Positions 1 through 9,600 of a DNA stretch of 64,000 nucleotides are shown in pieces. The notes under the pieces are model-generated. The model had not been told where the DNA came from, did not search any database, and worked only from the letters and a program-made list of their open reading frames with translations. The stretch comes from a virus. Lineage: Duplodnaviria; Caudoviricetes. The stretch is taken from IMG/VR virus record IMGVR_UViG_3300005614_000001, positions 32,001 through 96,000 of that record. One strand, written 5' to 3'. Positions within the stretch are counted from its first letter, which is position 1. Every line of letters begins with the position of its first letter. Made by a program: the position numbers and the translations under genes.

Positions 1-1033
1 TATATACAGCATCTCCATCTGCTGCTCCAGCTACGGTTAAAGTCAGGTCTGAAGAAGCATTTGAAGAGGTACTTGGAAAATCAAGAGCCCCAGTAACCAC
101 TAAAGGCAGTGCAGCAGTTTCCACTCTATGGGTAGTAGAGTTTACTACTAATGCACTATCCCCGCCAGATGTGTATGGTTGAGCTTGATATAGATATAAA
201 TTTCCTTTACTTGAGAATTTAGTAAAAATATTTCCTAAAGTATCCTGGAACTGTAAAAGATCTCCAAACTGACTCACCCCTTTTCTTATTACTAAAGTGG
301 TAGTAGAAAGGGTGTCATTTGCATTTGCAGATAGCAGAACAGTATTTTTCTGTGCTATTGCCACCCACTGCCCAATGTAGAATATACCCCACCTTTGGTT
401 AGTAGCTGCATTAAATGCTTCTACAATATTAATAGTGTGAATTTGATTATTATAAGTACTTATTTGTGTACATGCTATATCATTAGTCTTTACTCCCCCT
501 GTATTTAAAGTCCCTGTCTGATCAGTTACTTGCAAATGATTAAATTCATAAAATATCTTCCCGCCTCTAAGATTTATAAAAGGAGTATTATCAGGGGAGG
601 TGAGATTAGCATTAGTCCCCAAAGTTATATAACTATTCTGTGTAGTATCCGGGGAATAATAACCTCCTTTATTCTTTACTCCTGTAAATATCCAGGGTTG
701 TGTGGTGTCTGCTGCAAATTTATTAGAAGTAAGGGTAAGGTTATACCCTGCAGTGTAAGTATTATTGTTAGTAACTTTTGTATAATGCTTTCCATCAAAA
801 GAAAGGTATAAACTACTATCCTGTGTACAATACATAGCTGCCCCTACAAATCCTGATACTATAGTATCTGTACTATGTTTTATCGGAAATGCAAAAATAC
901 TATCAACCCTTATTCTTGTAAACCAGTTCCCATAGTTACCTGCTTTATAATATACCTGGGCTTTACTATTATTTATAACAGAAAAGGTTATTAAAAAAGC
1001 AAGAACTAATTTTACATATATACTTTTAATCAT
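1..1033 (-). CDS. Tail-fibre/vertex-like protein with N-terminal signal peptide (3'-partial, runs off window)
   Basis: Absent from the ORF track. Manual translation from ATG at 1033 is open to base 1 (344 codons): MIKSIYVKLVLAFLITFSVINNSKAQVYY...LDFPSTSSNASSDLTLTVAGAADGDAVY. Thr/Asn/Gly-rich, beta-type composition. Confidence 0.75.
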   Translation of the reverse strand, partial: MIKSIYVKLVLAFLITFSVINNSKAQVYYKAGNYGNWFTRIRVDSIFAFPIKHSTDTIVSGFVGAAMYCTQDSSLYLSFDGKHYTKVTNNNTYTAGYNLTLTSNKFAADTTQPWIFTGVKNKGGYYSPDTTQNSYITLGTNANLTSPDNTPFINLRGGKIFYEFNHLQVTDQTGTLNTGGVKTNDIACTQISTYNNQIHTINIVEAFNAATNQRWGIFYIGQWVAIAQKNTVLLSANANDTLSTTTLVIRKGVSQFGDLLQFQDTLGNIFTKFSSKGNLYLYQAQPYTSGGDSALVVNSTTHRVETAALPLVVTGALDFPSTSSNASSDLTLTVAGAADGDAVY

Positions 1034-1060
1034 TTTAGTTATATTTATATCTATTAATGA

Positions 1061-1312
1061 TTAATAGAAAGTGATGGTAAAAGTTTCTCCTGTATTAAAC
1101 ATATCCGGGGAAATAAGTTGAAATCCCCCTATTGGGGAGAGGGTATAATGTACCCCTGGAACAAGGAACCCCCATATGTTCCTATGTATCAAATAATTAC
1201 GTGCAAATAAAGTTGTGTTATAATAAACACTGGTTCCTGCAGCAGGAGCTCCTGCAGTAGTCCCTATAATAAACTGTATAGGAGAGGGTAGAGGATCACA
1301 TCCACAGGTCAT
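1061..1312 (-). CDS. Small virion/fibre-associated protein, paralog of 1345..1689
   Basis: 83 aa; shares FxIG...P..G...Y.NT.L...G.LV.GV.YT...FNTGE..TI with its neighbour. Confidence 0.7.
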   Translation of the reverse strand: MTCGCDPLPSPIQFIIGTTAGAPAAGTSVYYNTTLFARNYLIHRNIWGFLVPGVHYTLSPIGGFQLISPDMFNTGETFTITFY

Positions 1313-1344
1313 AATGATAGAATTTAATGTTTTAATTTATTGTA

Positions 1345-1689
1345 TTAATACAATATAGTATATACTTCCCCGGTATTGAACACTCTGCCTCCAATAAGGG
1401 TGACTACACCAGTGGTATTATTAAAAGTATAATCTACTCCATTTACCAATGTCCCAAATCCATTTAGGAATATAATAGGGCTCTTCGAAATAAGAGCAGT
1501 ATTGGTATAGGTAGTAGAACCATTTACCGGAGTATTTGGACCACTATCTCCTATAGTGAATGTAGTGGAGTTAGTAGCAGATATACCACCAGCAGCTATT
1601 GCTGCCAGGTAGCCACTTTGAATTTGGAGTATCTGGTATATATTTTTAAACCACCTATCCTGGTTAGTTTGTACTGGAGGAGTTGCCAT
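1345..1689 (-). CDS. Small virion/fibre-associated protein, paralog of 1061..1312
   Basis: 114 aa; GVDYTFNNTTGVVTL...FNTGEVYTILY. Confidence 0.7.
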   Translation of the reverse strand: MATPPVQTNQDRWFKNIYQILQIQSGYLAAIAAGGISATNSTTFTIGDSGPNTPVNGSTTYTNTALISKSPIIFLNGFGTLVNGVDYTFNNTTGVVTLIGGRVFNTGEVYTILY

Positions 1690-1789
1690 TATATATTAAA
1701 GATTTAAAGGTATGAAAAAAACTTGAATTAATAAAATACATCATTAATGTGAGGAGCATTATATAGCATTACAGATACCTTTTCTGCTA

Positions 1790-4700
1790 TTAATGTGCTC
1801 TATTTTGTGTAGTGAACTTAATATTCATCTCTTTTGCAAAATCAGGAGATGCAAGGGCAGCATAGTTAATTAACTGATTTCCCAAAGGGAAGGATTTTAT
1901 CACATATTTCAACGGGTGAGCATTTGCTACCATTTTTTCTCCTTTAGTGGTATTCCCAAGTTCTTCTTCGGTAAGTCCAAAAGCATATCTCCCTAAATTA
2001 GAGAGTACATTTTCTGCATCAGTAACCACTCCAAATGCCGGGAGGATACTACCTCCAGCTACTTGCTGCCACTGCCAAGGATGATAATAAAAGGCCATTT
2101 CGTCTGATATTTTATCCAGCATCCTAACTCCATATATCCAATACCCTCTTTCTTCTTTAGTAGCTTCATCTGCATCCGGAATGAGGGCTTTTGCTGCCAG
2201 GAATGTAGAAAGTACCCCAATATAAGCTAATATATCCCTCATCTGTCCTCTTACATTATCCCTCATCAGATCATAGAAGTCATCTTTAGATATAGTGAGC
2301 TCCTTCCCGGTTTCTCTAAGGTATTGTTCTTTCTTCTTAGCCATAAATTCTTCCATCATCTTCAATCCTTGTTCATTACCAGCCATGATGTTTTTCATAT
2401 TCCCAATAATACGAAGAGGGTTTTGTACTAATATTTTCCCCACCATCCTCACCTTTCCATATTCATAGCTATCTGTACCAGGGATATACTTAAGACTTCC
2501 AAACCTGCTATCTGCTATAGGGACTATCCAGTTTTTAAAGGTCATCATCATCCTTGCCATAGTTCTCATAGAAGCTCTGCTCCTATCATCATCACTCATG
2601 GCACCAGTAGATTGCTTTTCTATCTGTTGTATTAACCCTCTGAGCTTCCCCATTTCCTTCCCATAAAGGTCCAGTCCATCTATCACCAGTTTATCATCTA
2701 CTATTTTAGCAAGTTTTGGGAGAGATTTTGTAGCCTTCAGGTCATCTATCTCTTTTTCCATTTTTTCTTCCAGCTCTCTATTTTGCCCAGGGGTACCGAA
2801 ATATCTTTGCCCTTCATACTTAGCCCTCACATACTGCCTGGTATTTTCTATCTTTCCATCTATAAGGACTGCATTATCCAACATGGCTATAGCTATGGGC
2901 TCCTGTACTAACTTATCACTATAACGGAATATAGAATATACAGCTTCACTCATGGAAGCATTTGCCACTTTAGATACAGATAGTTCTTTCTTTCTATCAG
3001 CAGCAGTTTGCTCTACAAATGGGACTATCTGGTTTAGAAGATAGGCATATACATTACCTTCTTTTCCTCTGAACATCCTGGTATCAGTCATTGCTTCTGC
3101 TTTCCTGAGATCTGCACCATCAAAGAAGGTTCTTTTATTTGTATAGTTCTGCAGCTTACCACCAATAAGGTTAGATAGTGGGATACCAATATTTAAAGCA
3201 AGGATCTTATTCTTATAAAACTGACTCACTCCTTCCAATAATCCATTTGCTGTAACTACTCTATCCTTCACATTTTCCGGGAGAAGTTGTGTACCCAGGG
3301 TCTTATTTATTGCTTTAAATACATTTTCAGTTCTCTCTCCAATTTTTCCTATAGTTTTCCCTTCCAGGATGTCATTTACATTCCTCTGCCCATAATATAT
3401 TCCCTGTACAAACTCATCCAGCATTTTAGCATTATATTCATTCTCGGGGGAGGTTTGTACCACACCATCCTTCCTCACTATCTTTCCAAACCTATTGGCC
3501 TGTATAGAAGATTTATTATGCTCTACATACTGCAGGGTTTTTACCAGATTCTCTATTCCAATTAGAGATTCATATCTTATAAGCTGTTCATTATAAGACT
3601 GTATTACAGAGAATAGATTAGTAGAGAATTGACTATCATCTTCTATTCCTCTATTGGAAGTAAAACTAAACGGGAGATGGTTTATCAATTTCCCGGTAAG
3701 GGGATCCTGGTATTGATAAGTATTTTCATTATCATTTATACTTATACCATTTATGAACCCATCTGCAATTTTTAAATTCCCCCCAAATGCTAATTTTTCA
3801 GCTACTCCACTTTTCATAACATATGGAAGAAAAGATCTCCTCACCTGTGGCTGAAGTATTCCAAGACTTACTCCTTTATCTACCCTCTCCTGGATATAGT
3901 TGTAGAAATCCAGTACTGGCTTATTCTCAGGGGATAAAAGCTGCTTATATTCATCAGTATGCCATTTATCTAAAGCAAATGATTTCATCTCATTATTTCC
4001 CCATCCAGGAGCCTTGTCATTAGAGAGATTGTATTTATCCTTTACTTTCTGTATTTCTTCATTTCTCCTCTTCTGGTTTTCTTCATCTACTGCATCATAG
4101 ATAGTGCTGTTTATAGCAGCTATTCTTTTTTGCTCTCTTTGGGCTATGTGTTCCCGGTATGCAGCAAGATTTATATTATCCTTATACCACTGGGTATTTT
4201 TATTCTCCTGGGCTTTTTTGAATTCTTTGAAAAAATCACTTTGTATAGTATCTATTCTTTGGTTTGTTTTCTCTCCCTTACTGTTCTTTTTGTACAGGAG
4301 GTCAAACATATTCTTTGGATTTAGCCCTCTGGCTTCACTCCATTTTAAATATTCTTCTCGGTGGTGAGCTACTATTTCCTTCTCTTTTTCCTTCAACAGC
4401 TCAGCCACCTGGAAGTTTGGATTGGTGAGTTTATATAAAGAATTAGCTGCAACAGTAGACCCTCTGCCCAATCCTCTAAACCAGTTCCCTATATTTTTAT
4501 TCTCTCTTTCTGCAGTTATAAGTCCACTTACTCCAAGTCTATCCCCAAGGAATTTATCAGCAAAATTGAATAAAGTATCATTCAAATCCTTTACAGCACT
4601 TCTTACATCTGAAGAAGTTACTTTCAAATCCTCCTGAACATCTTTATTTGTTGCTGCAGCATCTTTTAAGTGTACATCTATATCTTCATATGGAATATAC

Positions 4701-6664
4701 TTATCTAACAGATACAGGATCTTATGAGCATACAGGTTTAGACTTTCATCTGTTGGAGAAGTACTATCTACTCCTTCAAAAGTGTCTTTATAGGTATTCA
4801 CTATATCTTCTGCTTCTTTATTTAATATCTTTGCATAAGATAGTGTTGGAGAGATATTCTTCCTCACCTGAAGCTCTCTTATTGCCTTATATACAGATAG
4901 TAGTTGTTCTCTTTTCAGATGCTTTCTCCCTTCAGTTACCTTACTATCCTGGATATGACTATACAGGGCATTTAGTTTATCTATTTGCTTATCTATAGTC
5001 TCATCTCCTGTTCTTTCATCAACTGTTGGAACGGGGAGGAGATAGTCGTATTTCTCTAATGAAACATTTGCATCTCCGATCTTCACTCCATTTAAAGTAG
5101 CTTCTTTATCCTTAAAGGTAAAAGAGAACAGGATTGGGATAGCCCTTGTCATACCAAACTCCTTCACTCCATAAGCATCTTTTAATATCTTCTTATATTC
5201 TCCAATTTGTATATTGTAGGCTTCTTTCTTATAAGATGGAATGTCCTTATTCTTATTTATATCCAGGTTGACAAATTTCCAATCCAGGATATTAACCTTC
5301 CCATTAGGAGTGATAGCCATGAAATCTATAGTGCCAGCTTCATCTTTATTAGGATCATATACCGGAGTTTCTGTTAAAAATCTTGTACCTGCAGGAAAAG
5401 ACAGTAACCTTTGAGAAATGTTATCTTCTAACCCTTGATATATCCTTTCATCATTTGGAGAGAGTTGAGATACATCAGTTTTTTCTAATGGAGTGGTACG
5501 AAGAAAACCATTTTCATCTGTATACCTGGATATGATATCCTGTATATCAGCATGTCCTGCAGTACCTTTCTCTGCAAAGATATTAGCCTGACTACTCTGT
5601 TCTATATCACTTCCTGGAAATACCTTTCCATAATAAGCTTTTGCTTTATCAGTAACCCTATTCTTTACATCTACTCCATTTACCTGGTACTTCTTTCCGG
5701 TTTGGTCATAAGTTATCTTATTAGCCTGCTCCAGGATAGATTTATATACCCTTGTTTGTTCCGGGGAAAGATCTTCCTTTTCCTGCAGGGAATAAAAGCT
5801 ATCTCCTCCTCCATTTAAATCATCTACACTCCCTTCAAACCTATTATCCAATACTTGTTCTGCTACTTCTGTAAATGGATCAAACTTTCCTTTAATAAAT
5901 AAATTACGGAAGAACTCTTTTACTTTATCCCACCATGAGTCAGCTTTTGCAAGGAGTTCAGGGTTTTCTGTACCCCATTCATTCTTTTCAATAATGCGCT
6001 CTACCAGGAGTTTAGTCATAGCCTCCTCCTTTAACTTTATCACATCCAGGGTTCCATCTTCATTCCTGTAGGCTTTACCGTAAGTATCTACTGTAGATTT
6101 ATATATCTGATAACCCCCAATTTTATTTAACATCTCCTTATATAAAGGAGAGTTCTTATCTTTTAGAATTTGCACAGCTATATGCATCACTTCTTCAGCT
6201 TTAGCTATACTTTCTTTCCCTTCAGCTATATAAGCTATCCCCTTCACTGTATCTGCCAATCCTATAATAGCATCTCCTATATTCTCCCTGGATAACTTAA
6301 CCCCATTTATTACTAATTGTGATAGTGGTTTTAAATCTATTCCAACTCTTTTAGCAAACTCATCTATTTTCTTTAAAGTATCTTTATTGGCTTCAGAAGA
6401 TGGAACTGCAGATTTCTTAGATAGATAAGTGCCAGGAAGAGTTATCATTCCTAAAGTAGGCTCTCCTATTTCATTGAGTTCCCCTTTAAAAGAAGATGAC
6501 GAAGTAACCCAATCTCCCATCTTTTGTATATACTCCGGGGACAGAAGTTGTTTATATAATCTATCTGCTTCTTCCTCATTATTAGTGAGGGAGAATAGTT
6601 CACTCCATGTTCTTGAAGTCTCCTGCTTTCCTGTGATGGGGCTATTTATTAATCTACATGCCAT
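1790..6664 (-). CDS. Giant ejection/cargo protein of the virion RNAP cluster, with a PD-(D/E)XK nuclease domain
   Basis: 1624 aa; GTAGH...E...AGTIDF...ILDWK...YNIQIGEY (RecB/Cas4-type motifs); degenerate zincin-like EEVMH; synteny with crAss-like RNAP cluster. Confidence 0.75.
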   Translation of the reverse strand: MACRLINSPITGKQETSRTWSELFSLTNNEEEADRLYKQLLSPEYIQKMGDWVTSSSSFKGELNEIGEPTLGMITLPGTYLSKKSAVPSSEANKDTLKKIDEFAKRVGIDLKPLSQLVINGVKLSRENIGDAIIGLADTVKGIAYIAEGKESIAKAEEVMHIAVQILKDKNSPLYKEMLNKIGGYQIYKSTVDTYGKAYRNEDGTLDVIKLKEEAMTKLLVERIIEKNEWGTENPELLAKADSWWDKVKEFFRNLFIKGKFDPFTEVAEQVLDNRFEGSVDDLNGGGDSFYSLQEKEDLSPEQTRVYKSILEQANKITYDQTGKKYQVNGVDVKNRVTDKAKAYYGKVFPGSDIEQSSQANIFAEKGTAGHADIQDIISRYTDENGFLRTTPLEKTDVSQLSPNDERIYQGLEDNISQRLLSFPAGTRFLTETPVYDPNKDEAGTIDFMAITPNGKVNILDWKFVNLDINKNKDIPSYKKEAYNIQIGEYKKILKDAYGVKEFGMTRAIPILFSFTFKDKEATLNGVKIGDANVSLEKYDYLLPVPTVDERTGDETIDKQIDKLNALYSHIQDSKVTEGRKHLKREQLLSVYKAIRELQVRKNISPTLSYAKILNKEAEDIVNTYKDTFEGVDSTSPTDESLNLYAHKILYLLDKYIPYEDIDVHLKDAAATNKDVQEDLKVTSSDVRSAVKDLNDTLFNFADKFLGDRLGVSGLITAERENKNIGNWFRGLGRGSTVAANSLYKLTNPNFQVAELLKEKEKEIVAHHREEYLKWSEARGLNPKNMFDLLYKKNSKGEKTNQRIDTIQSDFFKEFKKAQENKNTQWYKDNINLAAYREHIAQREQKRIAAINSTIYDAVDEENQKRRNEEIQKVKDKYNLSNDKAPGWGNNEMKSFALDKWHTDEYKQLLSPENKPVLDFYNYIQERVDKGVSLGILQPQVRRSFLPYVMKSGVAEKLAFGGNLKIADGFINGISINDNENTYQYQDPLTGKLINHLPFSFTSNRGIEDDSQFSTNLFSVIQSYNEQLIRYESLIGIENLVKTLQYVEHNKSSIQANRFGKIVRKDGVVQTSPENEYNAKMLDEFVQGIYYGQRNVNDILEGKTIGKIGERTENVFKAINKTLGTQLLPENVKDRVVTANGLLEGVSQFYKNKILALNIGIPLSNLIGGKLQNYTNKRTFFDGADLRKAEAMTDTRMFRGKEGNVYAYLLNQIVPFVEQTAADRKKELSVSKVANASMSEAVYSIFRYSDKLVQEPIAIAMLDNAVLIDGKIENTRQYVRAKYEGQRYFGTPGQNRELEEKMEKEIDDLKATKSLPKLAKIVDDKLVIDGLDLYGKEMGKLRGLIQQIEKQSTGAMSDDDRSRASMRTMARMMMTFKNWIVPIADSRFGSLKYIPGTDSYEYGKVRMVGKILVQNPLRIIGNMKNIMAGNEQGLKMMEEFMAKKKEQYLRETGKELTISKDDFYDLMRDNVRGQMRDILAYIGVLSTFLAAKALIPDADEATKEERGYWIYGVRMLDKISDEMAFYYHPWQWQQVAGGSILPAFGVVTDAENVLSNLGRYAFGLTEEELGNTTKGEKMVANAHPLKYVIKSFPLGNQLINYAALASPDFAKEMNIKFTTQNRAH

Positions 6665-6682
6665 TCTATGGATTGGTTTTCT

Positions 6683-9600
6683 TTAACAGTTTCCTTTAAC
6701 TAAGTTTAATGTCTTTTCTGCATTAGCAGATGTTATATTAGGTTTAAAAGTCTCAAAAGGAGCTCTCACTTTACTGGCTATTATTTCAGAAGTGTGAATA
6801 GCCCTTGGAAGATCTGAAGTTATTATCTGTGGAATATTAGTTCCCTTCAGTTCTTCCCCTACTTTTTGAGCTTGTTCTACTCCCTTCTTTGTAAGCTGTG
6901 TTTCTGAAGTTCGGAGTAGTCCCTTTACATTATCTTCTGTTTCTCCATGCCGGGCTACTAGTAAGATTCCATTATCACTTTTGTATTTAAACACATCTCC
7001 TGTATCTGTAGTGCCTGCAAGGTAGTAATTTATATCTATTTTATTATCATTTGTCTTCCCTTCTTTTATCCAGGAGTCAAGGATTTTAATAACAGAAGAA
7101 TGAGTTACTACCAGGGTATTATCTGGAGCAGTTTGTAACAACCCTCTAAAGGCATTAATTACCCTATCTTTAAATTCATTAAAGCTCTCTCCTCTATTCC
7201 CGCTATTCCCTTGTGGTTTTTCAGAAGAGTTTTTCACCAGATTATTCACAGTCTTTCTATCTGTACTTTCTGGCCTTCCTTCTAAATCTCCAATATCCCA
7301 TGCTTTAAAGTCCTGTGAAGGTTTTATGTAGCCTCCACTATTACTTTCTACCCTATCTCTGTTTACTATAGTTATTCCTTTAGCACTCCTGTAGGCATCC
7401 AGTATTTCCTGCTGAGGTATTTCCTGTATCTTCAGATACCCATTATCCAATACAGATTGTGAAGGAGTATCATAGAATTCCTGTGCCCTGCTTCCATCTC
7501 CCCATGCATTTACAGGAGTATAGATATAATAAGGAAAGTCTGCACTCCCTTCTTTCATCGGGGTACCACTTTCATCTTCCAGTCTTTGCAACAATATCTT
7601 CCCACCACTTACCCCATTATCTGCTTCTCTTTGATCTGCAAATAAGTTCATGGTAATAAACCTGGATGAAGAAGAGCCGGAAGCTGTATATAGTTTATAA
7701 GTATTGTTCCTTATATCGTTTACATTGTATTTTTCCCTCAACCCCTTCATCCATTCCGGATAGAGTCTTTTTTTACTTTCTCCCCTGTCATTAAAGTCTT
7801 CAGTTACATTTGGAACTATATCTGTATTACTCCAGCTATTTCTAAAAAACACCCCCAGGTCATTGAATGCAGATAAATTACTCATAGAGTCCATTTTATC
7901 TACTACTGGCTTTATTACTTTAGCATAATCTTCAGATGGGAGATATTTGAAGAATGATACTGGAGATGTACTTATTCCTGACTGTAAGAATGATAACCTT
8001 ACTAAATTGTAGTATAAATCCCTTGTTTGAGGATTATCCCTCAACTCCCTGAATGCCCCGGTATAGACATCTGAAGTAATGGCATCTGATACCTTAGAGG
8101 CGATAGTTACTCCCTTAGCTGCAGAGTTTTTATTCTTCAGAAGTGGAATAAGTTGCTGTAATACAGTATTGTTATACAGATCACTTCCTTTTGGGAGGCT
8201 ATTCTTTAAAGCAGCAAGTTCTGTAGCCACTGCAGTAGACTGGTCTACCATAAGCTCCTTCACTCTATTATTCAACCTGGAAGAGGTTTGAATAGCATAA
8301 GTCATGAAGTGTTCTTCAGCAGTACGTGCAGCCTTTCTATAATCATCTTTAGATAACCCTCTGGTTTCCAATAAGTTATCTAATACCGGAGCAAGGTAAG
8401 ATTTTATTTCAGGGTTTTCTATAGCTATCAGGGACTCAGATATTGCCTTAGATGAACTAGCTACTAGGGATTGTAAATTCCCAAGATGTGATTTATCTAA
8501 TAGGGTATCTACTGTATTCCAGATATTTGCCTCCCTGGCCTTATCTGTCTTGTATTGTTTCCTGTATTGCATAACAGGATCTCCACTGCTATCTGTATCA
8601 TAGTTAGTGCCTTGAGTAATATCAAACAGGTTTTGGGACATTACTCCATACTTCAAAAACTCTGAAAGTATTTGCTGCTGCTGGGTGTTTTCTTCCTGGT
8701 TTAATACCCCACCGGAATAGAAAGTTTCTATATTACTTTTTAATACAATATTAGATACATTTAAAGCAGAGGTTATCTTTCTGCTTCCTTTGGGGAATAG
8801 TTGTCTGATAGCTTCTACATTTCTATTATCATATAACCATGTAGTATTCTTCTTAGCCAGGAGCTTCATATATTCCCTTATAATAGGCTGGTTCATGAAA
8901 TACACCACTGTACTTGTAGGAGTGCCAGCTTTCTCTAGCATCAGGAAGGTACCAGTGAGGGATGGAGATTGTATGATCTGAGCTATGAACGGGTCTTTAG
9001 CTACATCTACAAATCCATTTATGTATTGTGATATCTTATCAGATATATACCTACCATCAACATCTTTATTATTGGAGAGAGTTGCTACATCTCTTCCATC
9101 TATAGATATACTATTATGCGGGAGAGCTATTTTTCCATCTCCTATGTACTCCTGCTGGTATTTTGGGAGAGAAGATGCTTTATCAATATCTAAATATATC
9201 TCTCCAAGCTGGTTGAGGGAATTATTAGTTTGAGCTACTGCTGCTATCCCAACTCCACCTTTCCCCATAATAAATGTATGTCTTGTATTGGACATATATA
9301 ATCTATTCAGTGGGGATCTGTCATCACTGCTACCAAATTCTTCAGGGGCAAGTTTTACTAGGTTATCCCTTAAACTCATTAACTCCTTACTGTTATTTGC
9401 AGCTATAAGACGTTCATAGTTTTCCGGGAGAAGGATAAGATCTTCCAGGGAGTTGAAATATTCATTCTCCAGGGATTTACTATACATATCCTCCACCTGT
9501 TTATTTAGCTTTTCTTCCTCCTGCAGGAAATCAAAGTCTGCAAGGGCATCAAATGCCTTCACTGCTTCTCCCGGGAGGAGGTTATCTATTAACTCTTCCT

